From: Pseudomonadota bacterium
GTDB taxonomy: Bacteria; Bdellovibrionota; FAC87; UBA2466
Reading direction: 5' to 3'
DNA: 64,000 nucleotides
NCBI GenBank assembly: GCA_043718025.1
Contig: JAYSWN010000068.1
Span: 1-64,000, forward strand
The translations under genes were made by a program, and so were the position numbers. Below are positions 49,541 to 59,698 of this stretch, one piece after another. Position 1 is the first letter of the stretch. Every line of letters starts with the position of its first letter. The notes below the pieces were generated by a model. It had not been told where the DNA came from and did no database searches. It saw only the letters and a list, made by a program, of their open reading frames with translations.

Positions 49541-49556
49541 TGGCACACGCGATGCA
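49541..49556 (+). promoter_or_regulatory. Putative sigma54 promoter
   Basis: TGGCAC-ACGCG-ATGCA. Confidence 0.6.
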
Positions 49557-49566
49557 ATTACTTAGA

Positions 49567-49774
49567 ACCAGGAACCCGACAATAGGACACGGTACAGAAT
49601 AGAAACAAAAACTATATACATAAATATCAACATCACGATTCAACTAGATTTCATCTTGTACGACAGCTTAGAACACGACCTGAACGCAACTAGATAGCAA
49701 CTCGAAAACACAACATTAGAAAAACTATTCTTGCCGAATTTAAAGGGACTGTAGCAATACAGTCCCTTTTTTTT
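49567..49774 (+). ncRNA. Candidate A-rich sRNA
   Basis: Lies between the sigma54 motif and a strong terminator; no plus-strand ATG; short repeats. Confidence 0.45.
49742..49774 (+). terminator. Rho-independent terminator, likely bidirectional
   Basis: AAAGGGACTGTA-GCAA-TACAGTCCCTTT followed by a T tract. Confidence 0.85.
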
Positions 49775-51890
49775 ATTCTTTTTCTGAACTTAATTCTTTC
49801 TGTTCCTTTTTAACCAGGTGCGATTCAAAAAATCGCGTCATCGTTCGTGCCTGCTCTAAAATATTGCGCAGCTTAGTATTGCCGTGACCCTCGTCCGCAA
49901 AAATTTTCAGCTCTACTTCCACCCCTTTTTCTTTAAGCGAGGCGGCAATCTGTTCGGATTCCCCAACGGGAACTCGCGGGTCATTCGCGCCGTGAAAAAT
50001 GAGCAGCGGTGTCTTAATCTGCTCGACATAAGTCATGGGCGAAATCGACTTTAAGAATTCTTCGTCGGTTAAAGGGCCATATTCCGCTTCGCGCAGGGCT
50101 CGGCGGTAGGGTTTGGTATTTTGTAGGAAAGTCACAAAATTGGAGATCCCCACCGACTCAGAGGCCGCCGCGAACAGCTGCGGTTCAACCTGGATCATTC
50201 TCAACACCATGAATCCTCCGTAACTTCCGCCGTACAAAGCCAACTTTCCGGTGGAGGTGTGGCGCTTTTCAAGTAGCCACTTGGCGGCAAAAACACCGTC
50301 CTGAACGCTGTCCATCCGTTTTTTGTAGTCGTCCGCCATCGTAAAATCGCGGCCGTATCCGGTGCTTCCGCGCACGTTGGGGGCAAGAATGCCAAAGCCA
50401 TTTTGAAGAAAGTACTGAAACGTCTTGTTGAAGGTTGGCCGAAACTGCCCCTCGGGGCCTCCGTGAATGTAAACGATAAAGGGGATGTCGCGGACGGCAC
50501 CCTGCGGTCGGTACAGAAAGGCTGGAATCTCTTTGCCGTCGAAAGAGGGGTACGATACGAGCTCCTCCTTCAGAAAACAATTTTGGTCGAGATTTCCATT
50601 GGTAGATTGAGTCCACAAAATTGGTTTACCCGTCCCTTTGCTCTCCCATGCGTCCCAGGTGCGGCGTGAGTTTGAAAAGTTGTAGAAAATCGAATTGCCT
50701 TCGCCAAACCGGGCGGTGCCGATGACTCCGGTTTCTGTTTTAAGCTCTTGCCACTTGGACACGGTGGCGCCTTTGGCAGTAATATTCGCCCAACTGAAGG
50801 TGGCGTACCCGTCACGATTAATTGAAATGCCGATTCGTTCGCGTTTGTCGTCAAGCACCAGTTTTTCAATCTCACTTTTTTCCTGGGCGATCTGTCGCCC
50901 GGGGTATTTTTCGCCCATTCGATGAAGGAAAACTTCTCGTTTTCCGTTTGCCGCGTCGGAGATCAGAAAAAGTGATTTTGAATCAGCCGAAAAGCGCGGG
51001 TTTTCATTGTTTTGTGGGCCCGAATGTTGCGAGGGAATAGATATCTTTCTGTCGTCGATAGAAAACAATAGAATGTCAGAGTCGGTGGCGCTTTGGACCG
51101 CCTCTAGCGCGATCCATTTTTCATCTGGCGAGATATCATTGATGCGGTTAGATCCCTTGAGTTCCATCAGCCGCGTTGCCTTTAACGACACCATATCGAA
51201 GCGATAGAGATCCATGTCGGTGCCATTTCGCTCATTCGAGGTGAATGCGAACCAGCGCCCTGACTTGGCCCACAAGAGTGTTTCAACCCGCTTTTTGGCG
51301 TTCATAATAAGCGGCGTTACGGTTTTCTTCGTGGGCTCGATCATCTGTATGTCGTACTGTTCACTGCCTCCGGCATGCGTGGCCACCAAAACCCGATTGC
51401 CGTCGGGGCTGGGTTCGAAATAGGCAATGCCGTCGGGAAAGAAGGTGATCTGCTCGGGCCAATGGTTCGGCGACCTCATGTAATAGAGCTGCGGGGTCTC
51501 TCTCAGGTCAGAAATAAAGAAGAGGCCACCTTTTTTAGAGGGGTATGGCTGCTGCACAGCGGTAATTTGCATATAGGTTTCAACTGGGGGGCGAGCCTGG
51601 CAAACACCCGCCGGAAGGCTACCGACTGGTTCTGGCGCCCCGGTTAAAGGTGCCGTTTCTTTTGGGCCGGCTGACGCGCTCGGTTGGGGAGCTTCTATGA
51701 ACGACTCTTCGTCCTTTTTAGGTGCCAAGGGCCTTTTAATGGCGACGGGGGGCTTCTTTCCCTTGGCGGGGGAAGAGGGATTTTTTAGGTCGGCCGGGAT
51801 CGGCACGAACCCTTTTTTATGCTTGGGCTTTTCAGCCAGTAGCGCCAGGGGTAGAAGCACCAGAATCAAAAAAGTGAAAAGAGTTCGCAT
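49773..51890 (-). CDS. S9 prolyl oligopeptidase/acylaminoacyl peptidase, exported
   Basis: IHGGP, GGSYGG, GANDPRV, DEGHG; beta-propeller; signal peptide. Confidence 0.92.
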   Translation of the reverse strand: MRTLFTFLILVLLPLALLAEKPKHKKGFVPIPADLKNPSSPAKGKKPPVAIKRPLAPKKDEESFIEAPQPSASAGPKETAPLTGAPEPVGSLPAGVCQARPPVETYMQITAVQQPYPSKKGGLFFISDLRETPQLYYMRSPNHWPEQITFFPDGIAYFEPSPDGNRVLVATHAGGSEQYDIQMIEPTKKTVTPLIMNAKKRVETLLWAKSGRWFAFTSNERNGTDMDLYRFDMVSLKATRLMELKGSNRINDISPDEKWIALEAVQSATDSDILLFSIDDRKISIPSQHSGPQNNENPRFSADSKSLFLISDAANGKREVFLHRMGEKYPGRQIAQEKSEIEKLVLDDKRERIGISINRDGYATFSWANITAKGATVSKWQELKTETGVIGTARFGEGNSIFYNFSNSRRTWDAWESKGTGKPILWTQSTNGNLDQNCFLKEELVSYPSFDGKEIPAFLYRPQGAVRDIPFIVYIHGGPEGQFRPTFNKTFQYFLQNGFGILAPNVRGSTGYGRDFTMADDYKKRMDSVQDGVFAAKWLLEKRHTSTGKLALYGGSYGGFMVLRMIQVEPQLFAAASESVGISNFVTFLQNTKPYRRALREAEYGPLTDEEFLKSISPMTYVEQIKTPLLIFHGANDPRVPVGESEQIAASLKEKGVEVELKIFADEGHGNTKLRNILEQARTMTRFFESHLVKKEQKELSSEKE

Positions 51891-52041
51891 AGATGTCGTC
51901 CTCAAAGCAGATGAAGAGTAGCCAAAAAAAAAATCGTACCTAAACTGTAAGTCTACCATTAGTGTGGCGAGCTTTTGGACGCCCGCCGAAGCTCATGTGG
52001 CTTAAAAAGAGGCTCAACGAACGGAAGGTTTGAGAAGCGGT

Positions 52042-53004
52042 ATGGATAAAGATCTTTATGAAATTTTAGGCGTCAAACGGGACGCTAGCGAAAGCGATGT
52101 TAAAAACGCTTTTCGCAAACTTGCCAAGCAGCACCATCCCGATAAAAACCCCGGCGACAAGGCGGCCGAGACCAGATTTAAAGAGGCGAACTTGGCGTAT
52201 GAGGTATTAAAAGATCCGACCAAACGAGCCCGCTATGATCAGGCTCGTATTTATGGGGGGGGCCCCGGCACGGGCGCCGGTGGTGGTCAGTGGAAGAGTT
52301 CGCCCGGTTTTAAGCCCGAAGACATGTTTCAAGACTTTGGTTTGGGTGACCTTTTTCAAGAGATTTTTGGCGGCGGTGGCGGCGGCGGCTTCAATGCTGG
52401 CCGCGGTGATATGGGGCGCGATTTTGGCGGCGGGTTTGGTGGTAGTGGACGGCGCGGTTTTGGAGCCCGGCGCGGATCCGATTTTGAAGCTCAATTGGAG
52501 ATTAGTCTTCCCGACGCGGTGCGCGGCGCCGAAAAAACGGTAAACGTGAGCGGTGGAAAGCGGCTTACGGTTAAAATTCCCGAGGGAATCGACGAGGGCG
52601 CAAAGATTCGGCTCAGTGGTCAGGGGCAGCCGGGTGCCAACGGTGGCCCCGCCGGTGATCTCATTGTGCAGATCCAAATTGCGTCTCATTCGATTTTTCG
52701 ACGCGAGGGCGACAACTTAATTGCCCGACTTCCCATTTCATTCTCGGAAGCGGTTCTCGGTGGCGAGGTGGGGGTGCCCACGATCGACGGCCAAGTAACC
52801 ATGCGAATTCCCGCCGGTGTCTCAAGCGGCCAAAAGCTAAAGTTGTCAGGTAAAGGGGTTAAAAACTCGCGCACGGGCCAAAAGGGCGATCAGCTTGTGG
52901 AGCTAATGATTCGCGTTCCATCCGTGAGCGATCCGCTTTACGTGGAAGCGGCGGAAAAGCTGCGCGGGAGTTCATTCGATCCGCGTGAGAATTTAATCAA
53001 ATGA
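52042..53004 (+). CDS. DnaJ-class co-chaperone (class II, CbpA-like)
   Basis: J domain with HPD, G/F region, DnaJ C-terminal domain, no Zn finger. Confidence 0.92.
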   Translation: MDKDLYEILGVKRDASESDVKNAFRKLAKQHHPDKNPGDKAAETRFKEANLAYEVLKDPTKRARYDQARIYGGGPGTGAGGGQWKSSPGFKPEDMFQDFGLGDLFQEIFGGGGGGGFNAGRGDMGRDFGGGFGGSGRRGFGARRGSDFEAQLEISLPDAVRGAEKTVNVSGGKRLTVKIPEGIDEGAKIRLSGQGQPGANGGPAGDLIVQIQIASHSIFRREGDNLIARLPISFSEAVLGGEVGVPTIDGQVTMRIPAGVSSGQKLKLSGKGVKNSRTGQKGDQLVELMIRVPSVSDPLYVEAAEKLRGSSFDPRENLIK

Positions 53005-53564
53005 GCAAGGCGTTTACCAAAGAAGGAAACGAAGAGCCGGTCGATTTAGAAGATCAGACTGTTGAGACAGATCCTCTCCCCGCCGGCGCAAAGAACTATA
53101 TTACACCGGCCGGGTTGAAGCGATTGGTCGATGAGCACAAGCATCTTTTAGATGTAGAGCGCCCTAAAGTGGTCGAAGTCGTGGCCTGGGCGGCCGGCAA
53201 CGGAGATCGTTCTGAAAATGCCGACTACATTTACGGTAAGCGTCGTTTGCGGGAGATCGATCGTCGCGTGCGCTTTCTTGGCAAGCGTATTGAAGCGGCG
53301 GAGCCGATCGATCCCATCCAGCAAAACAACGACTCAGTTCGTTTCGGCGCCACCGTTCGTGTCGCCGACGAAGACGGAGTGGAAAGAACTTACGCCATTG
53401 TGGGAATTGACGAGTCGAATCCCAAATTAGGTCACATCAGTTGGATCTCGCCCCTTGGTAAAGCTCTGCTCAAAACCAAGGTGGGAGATAGCATTACGGT
53501 AAGGATGCCCAAGGGAGAACAAGATCTCGAGATTAGGGCGATTGAATATAAGAGCCTGGTTTAA
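53001..53564 (+). CDS. greB: Transcription elongation factor GreB
   Basis: [33 protein letters not shown]. Confidence 0.95.
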   Translation: MSKAFTKEGNEEPVDLEDQTVETDPLPAGAKNYITPAGLKRLVDEHKHLLDVERPKVVEVVAWAAGNGDRSENADYIYGKRRLREIDRRVRFLGKRIEAAEPIDPIQQNNDSVRFGATVRVADEDGVERTYAIVGIDESNPKLGHISWISPLGKALLKTKVGDSITVRMPKGEQDLEIRAIEYKSLV

Positions 53565-53581
53565 GCCCTGCGACTAACGTC

Positions 53582-54508
53582 TTATTTATTGTAGCTGCCT
53601 TGGGTGAGATTTTGGCCGCGACTACGATTCAGTAGGGAATCTGCTTGCGGTGAAGCCAACTGGCGTTGTCCACGAAATAACAAACTCTTTCCATCCAAAA
53701 AGCCGCGCAGTGGTTTTAGGTATCGTTCAAAAAAGGAAAATAGGGCGTCGCCTTCTTCATGAATTAAGTTCTTCCCCTTGATTTTTTCAAAGGCGATGAA
53801 TTTGGGGATGCTGTCGTGCGAATTACGCTCCGGATGTGGAAAAAGCTCGCTCAAAATTTTACCTTGAAAGATCTTTTGGGCGGGATCATCAATCACTACC
53901 GAATGAAAAACCACGTCGGTCTGAGGATTTGCTTTTAAGTAGCTCTCAATTAGCGTGCGGTACTCTCGGCAACTGGAACACCAGCTCGCCGAGAACAGAA
54001 ACAAGTTAAATTTTTCTTCGTCCTGCTCTTCCATAAACGATTTAATAAATCGAAGTTGTTTGAAGTCGGCCAGAACATCCGGATTTTTGCCGCGAAGTAG
54101 GTCATTAATTTGGATTCGGTCGGGAATCGAAAGCGTATCGAGAGCGCTGCGGGTTAGACTGATTTTGTGGCTCACTATGCGCGGCGCCACGCGAACTCTT
54201 TCGCCCGTAGCCACCACGGTTGATAGCAACAAGCTTCGTTTGCGCCAACTATCTCGTATGCCGTCCCATTGGCGATCAATTGCACTGAGATCATCGGCGG
54301 AGAGCAATTGGCTTGCCTCATTGGTTAGGCCACGAAAGGGAAGAATGTCATTTTGGGTTCGGCCTTCGCGAAAATCGATGCTGAAGGGCAGATAATAGAG
54401 GCGGTACATATACAACAACTTGTTTACAGATTTGGGCGCCATTTCACTACGCGCGGGGGCGGCCAAAATCATCAAACTGAGAAATAGTATGTGGATGCCG
54501 TACTTCAT
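53582..54508 (-). CDS. Exported protein with thioredoxin-like domain
   Basis: Signal peptide; FSASWCSSC; SIP cis-Pro-like motif. Confidence 0.7.
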   Translation of the reverse strand: MKYGIHILFLSLMILAAPARSEMAPKSVNKLLYMYRLYYLPFSIDFREGRTQNDILPFRGLTNEASQLLSADDLSAIDRQWDGIRDSWRKRSLLLSTVVATGERVRVAPRIVSHKISLTRSALDTLSIPDRIQINDLLRGKNPDVLADFKQLRFIKSFMEEQDEEKFNLFLFSASWCSSCREYRTLIESYLKANPQTDVVFHSVVIDDPAQKIFQGKILSELFPHPERNSHDSIPKFIAFEKIKGKNLIHEEGDALFSFFERYLKPLRGFLDGKSLLFRGQRQLASPQADSLLNRSRGQNLTQGSYNK

Positions 54509-54531
54509 TGGGTTGCTCTATGGATAAGGAG

Positions 54532-54563
54532 TGCAAGGTTAGTGCCTTGTTAAGTAATTGAAA
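54532..54563 (-). promoter_or_regulatory. Putative sigma54 promoter with adjacent IHF-like site
   Basis: Minus strand TTTCAATTACTTA then AGGCAC-TAACC-TTGCA. Confidence 0.55.
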
Positions 54564-54685
54564 TTAAATGTGTATTCATTCTGTCCAGGGTTGGAAATCG
54601 TGCTTTTTTTGGTCGGATGTAAGGGCAGATGACAGATAGCAATTTATTTACCCGCTTTGCCTTAATTCCACTAAAACAGTTCCCG

Positions 54686-55828
54686 ATGACCTCTCCCCTT
54701 CAGCACGCGCGTGGCTTTGGTTTGTATCTTCATTTTCCCTATTGTCGCCATCGCTGCTCGTATTGCGATTTTTTCTCCTCGGTGGAATACAGTGACGATT
54801 CATTCCAAACCTTCGGCGCAGCCATTTGTGCCGAGATCGATCGCGAAGCGGAGGCGCTTAAGCCAAATTTTTTGATGGGTGAAGTGACCTCAATTTTCTG
54901 GGGCGGGGGGACGCCGTCACTTTTCCCCTCGTCGGTTATGGAAGTGATTTCAAAAAAGCTCTCCCAACGATGGAAATTTAGCCCAGAGTTAGAATTTACG
55001 ATCGAAGCTAATCCCGAAACGGTCACCCAAGAGAAAGCCGACGCCTGGCGCGCAATCGGAATTAACCGCGTGAGCCTCGGCGTGCAAAGCACTTCGCAAA
55101 AATACCTCGACCTCTTAGATCGCCGCGTATCGCTGGAGTCCATCCCCCGCGCCGTTCAGTTTCTCCGCCAAGCGGGTCTTCGGAACTTCAGCTGCGATTT
55201 GATTTTCGGTATTCCAGATCAGACCGAAACCGAAATTGAAGCCGATATCGTAGCGATTGCTGAATTAAATCCTCGCCACATTAGTAGTTACAATCTGACG
55301 CTCAAGCCCGGCCACCCCCTCTATAAAAAGCTGCCCGATAACGATCGCTCCGCTGCGCTTTACATTAAGGTGATCCAATCTTTAGTTGAGCGGGGGTATG
55401 CCCAATACGAAATTTCTAACTTTGCGACTCCCGGATTCGAAAGTCGGCACAATTTACTTTACTGGTCGGGCGGAGATTTTTTAGGTTTGGGCCCCTCCGC
55501 CTCAACGCGTTTTTTTAAAGGCGGACAATTTCATCACCGTAAGAATGTTTCTGATCTTAAAGCTTACTTCGATGGCAAAACGCCGCCCACTTTTGAGCCC
55601 ACCAGCGGTCAGCAAGCCGTGCTCGAATCATTATTTCTAGAACTTCGCAAAAATGAAGGGGTAAACCTGCACGATTTTAAGAGTCGTTATGGTTATGCTC
55701 CGGATAAGGCTTCTAAATTTGCCCTTTATCAACGCCAAGGGCTGCTGGTCGTAGACGGAGATTTTTTACGCCTTACCGATCGCGGAAGAATGCTGGCTGA
55801 TTCAGTGACGCCGGGATTATTGGATTAA
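54686..55828 (+). CDS. hemW: Radical SAM heme chaperone HemW
   Basis: LYLHFPYCRHRCSYCDF, GGGTPS, EANP, YEISNFA, HNLLYW. Confidence 0.9.
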   Translation: MTSPLQHARGFGLYLHFPYCRHRCSYCDFFSSVEYSDDSFQTFGAAICAEIDREAEALKPNFLMGEVTSIFWGGGTPSLFPSSVMEVISKKLSQRWKFSPELEFTIEANPETVTQEKADAWRAIGINRVSLGVQSTSQKYLDLLDRRVSLESIPRAVQFLRQAGLRNFSCDLIFGIPDQTETEIEADIVAIAELNPRHISSYNLTLKPGHPLYKKLPDNDRSAALYIKVIQSLVERGYAQYEISNFATPGFESRHNLLYWSGGDFLGLGPSASTRFFKGGQFHHRKNVSDLKAYFDGKTPPTFEPTSGQQAVLESLFLELRKNEGVNLHDFKSRYGYAPDKASKFALYQRQGLLVVDGDFLRLTDRGRMLADSVTPGLLD

Positions 55829-55870
55829 AAGACCGGATCACCGCTAAGTTGTTTTATATGTTTAGTAATA

Positions 55871-55925
55871 TGGCGGAAGAGGCGAAGAGACAGTCCTCTT
55901 GAGAACAGCTCACTGCGCCCCTTCC
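55871..55925 (-). other. 55-nt tRNA-like structured element ending in GCCA
   Basis: GGAAGGGGCG/CGCCTCTTCC 10-bp stem plus GCCA, with two internal hairpins. Confidence 0.4.
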
Positions 55926-55968
55926 ACATTATGCTTGCTTGAAATTCAAATCCGCGTCGTCGGGTCGA

Positions 55969-56436
55969 TTAAAACGGAACTTCGTCGTCGCTGATAGGGC
56001 TTTGGGCCTTCTGAAAGCCTGTATCGCTTGGTGTTTCAAAAACTCCGCCGCCCGCAGGGGGTTGGTATTCAGAGTTACCAGCTCCGGCTCCAGCACGGTC
56101 ACCCGGTCCTCCTAAGAACTGAACGTTGGAGGCCACAATTTCGGTGGTGTAGCGTTTGCCACCCTCTTTGTCGGTCCACTCACGGGTCTGTAGCTTACCT
56201 TCCAAGAATGCCTGGCGCCCCTTGGATAGGTATTGGCCGCAAAGTTCGCCCAACTTTCCCCAAACGACAACGCGGTGCCATTCGGTGCGCTCTTGCTTCT
56301 GACCGGCTTTGTCCAACCAGCTTTCGTTCGTTGCCATATTGAAATTGGCAACGGCACCGCCGTTAGTGGTGTACCGCACTTCAGGGTCGTTTCCTAAACG
56401 ACCTAAGAGAAACACTTTATTCAAACCGCTAGCCAT
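55969..56436 (-). CDS. ssb: Single-stranded DNA-binding protein
   Basis: [26 protein letters not shown]-terminal DDEVPF. Confidence 0.97.
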   Translation of the reverse strand: MASGLNKVFLLGRLGNDPEVRYTTNGGAVANFNMATNESWLDKAGQKQERTEWHRVVVWGKLGELCGQYLSKGRQAFLEGKLQTREWTDKEGGKRYTTEIVASNVQFLGGPGDRAGAGAGNSEYQPPAGGGVFETPSDTGFQKAQSPISDDEVPF

Positions 56437-56522
56437 GGAACCTCCAAAAAAACTGTACAATAATAAAACGACACTATCGCTTCATCGTTTTTTTTCCGTC
56501 AATCGAATAAGGAGAGCTTCCT

Positions 56523-57014
56523 TTGAAACTCGAAGACGACCTCGAAATCCGCCGCACCCCAATACTGACGGGCCACGCCGAGTGTCCCGTGATGAGCCGT
56601 TTCATCGCCCGCGCTATCGATGCGTTGGTGATATCGGCCGTCTATTTGTTACTTTCGGTGATTGGCCGGCCCCTGGCCATTGTCACCGCCGCGCTTTATG
56701 CGGTGCTTCAAGATTCGTTTGGCGCAGGCCAGAGCATTGGCAAGCGGATAATCGGCTTGAGGGTGATCGATGACGCGACGGGTCTACCCTGTTCCTTTGC
56801 CGCATCCTTTTTTCGTAACGTGCCGTTCTTATTGTGGGTCGTTTTTGCCACCATTCCCACGCTTTGGGGGTTCTGGGTGTTATTGGCCTTGCCGCTAGTG
56901 GGGTTTGAAATTTACCTACTGTTCGTCTTGGACTCAGGCACTCGCTTGGGCGACGTGCTTGGTAATACCCGGGTGAGCGAACAAGTTGATCTGCCGTTGA
57001 CGCCGCACGCCTAA
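56523..57014 (+). CDS. RDD-family membrane protein
   Basis: RFIARAID, GQSIGKRIIGLRV, RLGDVLGNTRV. Confidence 0.88.
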   Translation: MKLEDDLEIRRTPILTGHAECPVMSRFIARAIDALVISAVYLLLSVIGRPLAIVTAALYAVLQDSFGAGQSIGKRIIGLRVIDDATGLPCSFAASFFRNVPFLLWVVFATIPTLWGFWVLLALPLVGFEIYLLFVLDSGTRLGDVLGNTRVSEQVDLPLTPHA

Positions 57015-57194
57015 GCTTTTGCCCCATTTCTGTTCTGCGCCAGCTTCCCCATTTAGGCTATACTTAATGGCGAGGCCTTTCGGGCCGTTTTTCGGACGTT
57101 TTCAAACTCCTTTTTTTAAGCAATCCAAATCGATTTGAAAAATAGCGGATTTTTAGGTTCGCAATTTTTTTTGCACCTATGAGGGTTTTTTACT

Positions 57195-58283
57195 TTGGGA
57201 ATTTTTGGTTCTTGGTTTGAAAAACGTCTGGTGGGTCTCGACATCGGCGTTTCCGGGATCAAAGCCGTAGAGCTTTCTGGTCGGGCCGATGCCCCCCGGC
57301 TTGCGGCCTACAACCGTATCCCTTTGCCGTGGGACGCGATTTCTCCCGAAGGCGAAATACGTAAGCGCGAGGCGGTGGTCAAGGCTTTGAAAAAGCTTTT
57401 TGAAAGCCGCAATTTCAGCTCTCGTTTCGTGGCGGTGGGCGCTTCAGGCAATGCCATCATCACGAAAAAAATTTCGGTTCCTAAGATGACCGAAGGCGAA
57501 TTGAGAGACCAGCTTTACTGGGAAGCCGAACAGTACATTCCGTTTCCGGTGAACGATGTAAATTTAGATTTTGCGATAATTGGTAATAGCCAGAACACCT
57601 CCCCGGAAGGGGCCGCCCTCATGGACGTGCTGCTGGTTGCCGCGAAAAAAGAGTACATCCAGTCGATGTCCGCGCTAATTCAGGAGGCCGGTCTGATTCC
57701 CAAAGTAATCGACAACCAATCCTTTGCGCTCGGTAATTCTTTTGAATTCAATTACGGCGTGCTGATCAGCGAACACGCGGGAATGTCGACCAACGTCATT
57801 ATTGATTTCGGAGCGGGCAGCACCAAACTCTCGATTGTGGAAGGGGATAAAACCACTTTTACCCGAGATCTTCCCCAAAGCGGAATTGGCTGCACCATGT
57901 TGCTTAGTGAGAGACTAGGAATTTCGATCGAAGATGCCGAGCGTTTAAAAATTCAGCAACCTGATCAAGAGGCGGTTGAAGCGGTCCTTAACGACTATAA
58001 CCGCGGCATTGTCGATGAAATTGGACGGACCATGGATTTTGCCATTTCTCATAACCACGAAGCCGGCATTCAAGGAATTTACATATGCGGCGGAGCTTCG
58101 CGAACCTTGGGATTGATCGAATTATTGGCCGAATCCTTACCCGCGCCAGTTCGTCCGTTAAATCCGGTGCAAGGCATCTCGGGCACGGGCCGAAAAATGA
58201 GTGCGCAGGCGATACGTGAGCTTTCGTACCTTGGAGCGGTGGCCATCGGCTTAGCGTTGCGCATGCCGGGAGACGCACGATGA
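57195..58283 (+). CDS. pilM: Type IV pilus assembly protein PilM
   Basis: VGLDIG..GIKAVEL, WEAEQYIPF, VAIGLALR. Confidence 0.93.
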   Translation: MGIFGSWFEKRLVGLDIGVSGIKAVELSGRADAPRLAAYNRIPLPWDAISPEGEIRKREAVVKALKKLFESRNFSSRFVAVGASGNAIITKKISVPKMTEGELRDQLYWEAEQYIPFPVNDVNLDFAIIGNSQNTSPEGAALMDVLLVAAKKEYIQSMSALIQEAGLIPKVIDNQSFALGNSFEFNYGVLISEHAGMSTNVIIDFGAGSTKLSIVEGDKTTFTRDLPQSGIGCTMLLSERLGISIEDAERLKIQQPDQEAVEAVLNDYNRGIVDEIGRTMDFAISHNHEAGIQGIYICGGASRTLGLIELLAESLPAPVRPLNPVQGISGTGRKMSAQAIRELSYLGAVAIGLALRMPGDAR

Positions 58284-59128
58284 TACGCATCGATTTAGGC
58301 ACCGAAGACCTCGGCGGGAAAGGATCTAAGAATCCGTTAAAGAAACTGTTCGACCGTTTGCGCATGCGCAATGCCAAACCGCGAGCCAGTGCCGATCCTT
58401 TTGCTTCCAGCTCGGCCGGCTTGCTCACTAAGCTGTCCGGAGTCGGCACCTTATTGCTGGTCTTAGTTGCCTTAGCTGGCGCCGTCGTGCCGCACATCTT
58501 TTATGCGCAATACCGAGACTTCGTCGTAAAAAAGAATGAGGAGTCTAAGAAAGAGCTTGAGTCAACTCTGGCCGGCTTAACCAAAGAGATTTCGCGCCTG
58601 GTGCCGTTTCAAAAAGAACTAGAGAGCTATGAAGCCCAGAAAAAACTTTTACGCGAACGGCTCGATCTGATTCAGAACCTGCTGTCGTCTCGAGGCACCC
58701 CGGTAAATGTATTAGATGCCGTTGGCCAAAGCCTCCCCGTCAAGGCGTGGTTGACCTCAATTGATTTCGACGCCAGGCCGGCGCGTCCGCTCATCACGTT
58801 AGTTGGTCAGGCAATCACTAACGACGAAGTGGCTGACTATCTCGATAAACTGGGCGAGTCGGTTTACTTGAATGAAGTGGCGCTTGATTCACTTACCTTC
58901 ACCAAGGGGAGTGGAACCCTTTCCAGCAGCGACGTGAAGAGCTTTCAACTGTCGCTGTTCCCCAAAGGTTTGGCTTCGGCAACGCAGCGGGCGATCGCGA
59001 AAGTACCCACTCCGGCGCCCGTTTCGGTTCCGGTGGCGGAGACCGGGGCGGCGGTGGAAGGCGGTGCGGCGAAGGATGGCGGCACAGTGGTGAAAAAAAC
59101 TAACTTGTTTAAGAGGAGAAAACAGTGA
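58280..59128 (+). CDS. pilN: Type IV pilus assembly protein PilN
   Basis: MIRIDL N-terminus, TM, coiled coil, WLTSI; operon position. Confidence 0.85.
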   Translation: MIRIDLGTEDLGGKGSKNPLKKLFDRLRMRNAKPRASADPFASSSAGLLTKLSGVGTLLLVLVALAGAVVPHIFYAQYRDFVVKKNEESKKELESTLAGLTKEISRLVPFQKELESYEAQKKLLRERLDLIQNLLSSRGTPVNVLDAVGQSLPVKAWLTSIDFDARPARPLITLVGQAITNDEVADYLDKLGESVYLNEVALDSLTFTKGSGTLSSSDVKSFQLSLFPKGLASATQRAIAKVPTPAPVSVPVAETGAAVEGGAAKDGGTVVKKTNLFKRRKQ

Positions 59129-59694
59129 AGGCCAAACTTCTCTTCTCACTCATGATCTTTTTGGGCGGCGTTGGATTTGCAGCCTACGAGTACTATGAAT
59201 TCGTAAATACCGAAGTGGCCGAAATGGAAGTTGAGCAAGAGGCGATCAAGAAAAAGGTCATGGCAAAGCAGGCCGACTATAATCGCCTAAAGGGGTTCGC
59301 GCAGAATATTGAGACCGTAAAGCAAGAGCTTCGCGAATTGAATCTTCAACTCGAATCAGCGCTGGAGCATTTGCCCAAGACCTTTAACCTGTCGGCGTTG
59401 TTGCGCAAACTCACCAGTCTGGCGCAAAATTCAGGGGTTGAACTGGCGAGTTTTAAACCCGAAAAAAGTGAAACTCGGGGAGAAGGGCAGTTTTTCTCAT
59501 CCATAAAAATTGATTTTGAACTTAAAGGCACCTTCGCTCAGAGCTTACTATTTTTTGACCAACTAACCAGGCTCAAGCGAATCGTAAACTTAGAAAATCT
59601 TAAGATCAGCTCTCGCGAAGTGGCTTCCAATAAAGGTTCAGTCACGGTGGCAGAGCTTTCCGGTAGCATGCGCACCTACCGTTTTACGGAGTGA
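59125..59694 (+). CDS. pilO: Type IV pilus assembly protein PilO
   Basis: TM, coiled coil, LP, FKP, LKRIVN, TYRF. Confidence 0.88.
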   Translation: MKAKLLFSLMIFLGGVGFAAYEYYEFVNTEVAEMEVEQEAIKKKVMAKQADYNRLKGFAQNIETVKQELRELNLQLESALEHLPKTFNLSALLRKLTSLAQNSGVELASFKPEKSETRGEGQFFSSIKIDFELKGTFAQSLLFFDQLTRLKRIVNLENLKISSREVASNKGSVTVAELSGSMRTYRFTE

Positions 59695-59698
59695 AACG

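Noticed and set aside
49560..49740. CRISPR array
   Set aside because: Repeats are only 8-9 nt and irregularly spaced; no cas genes
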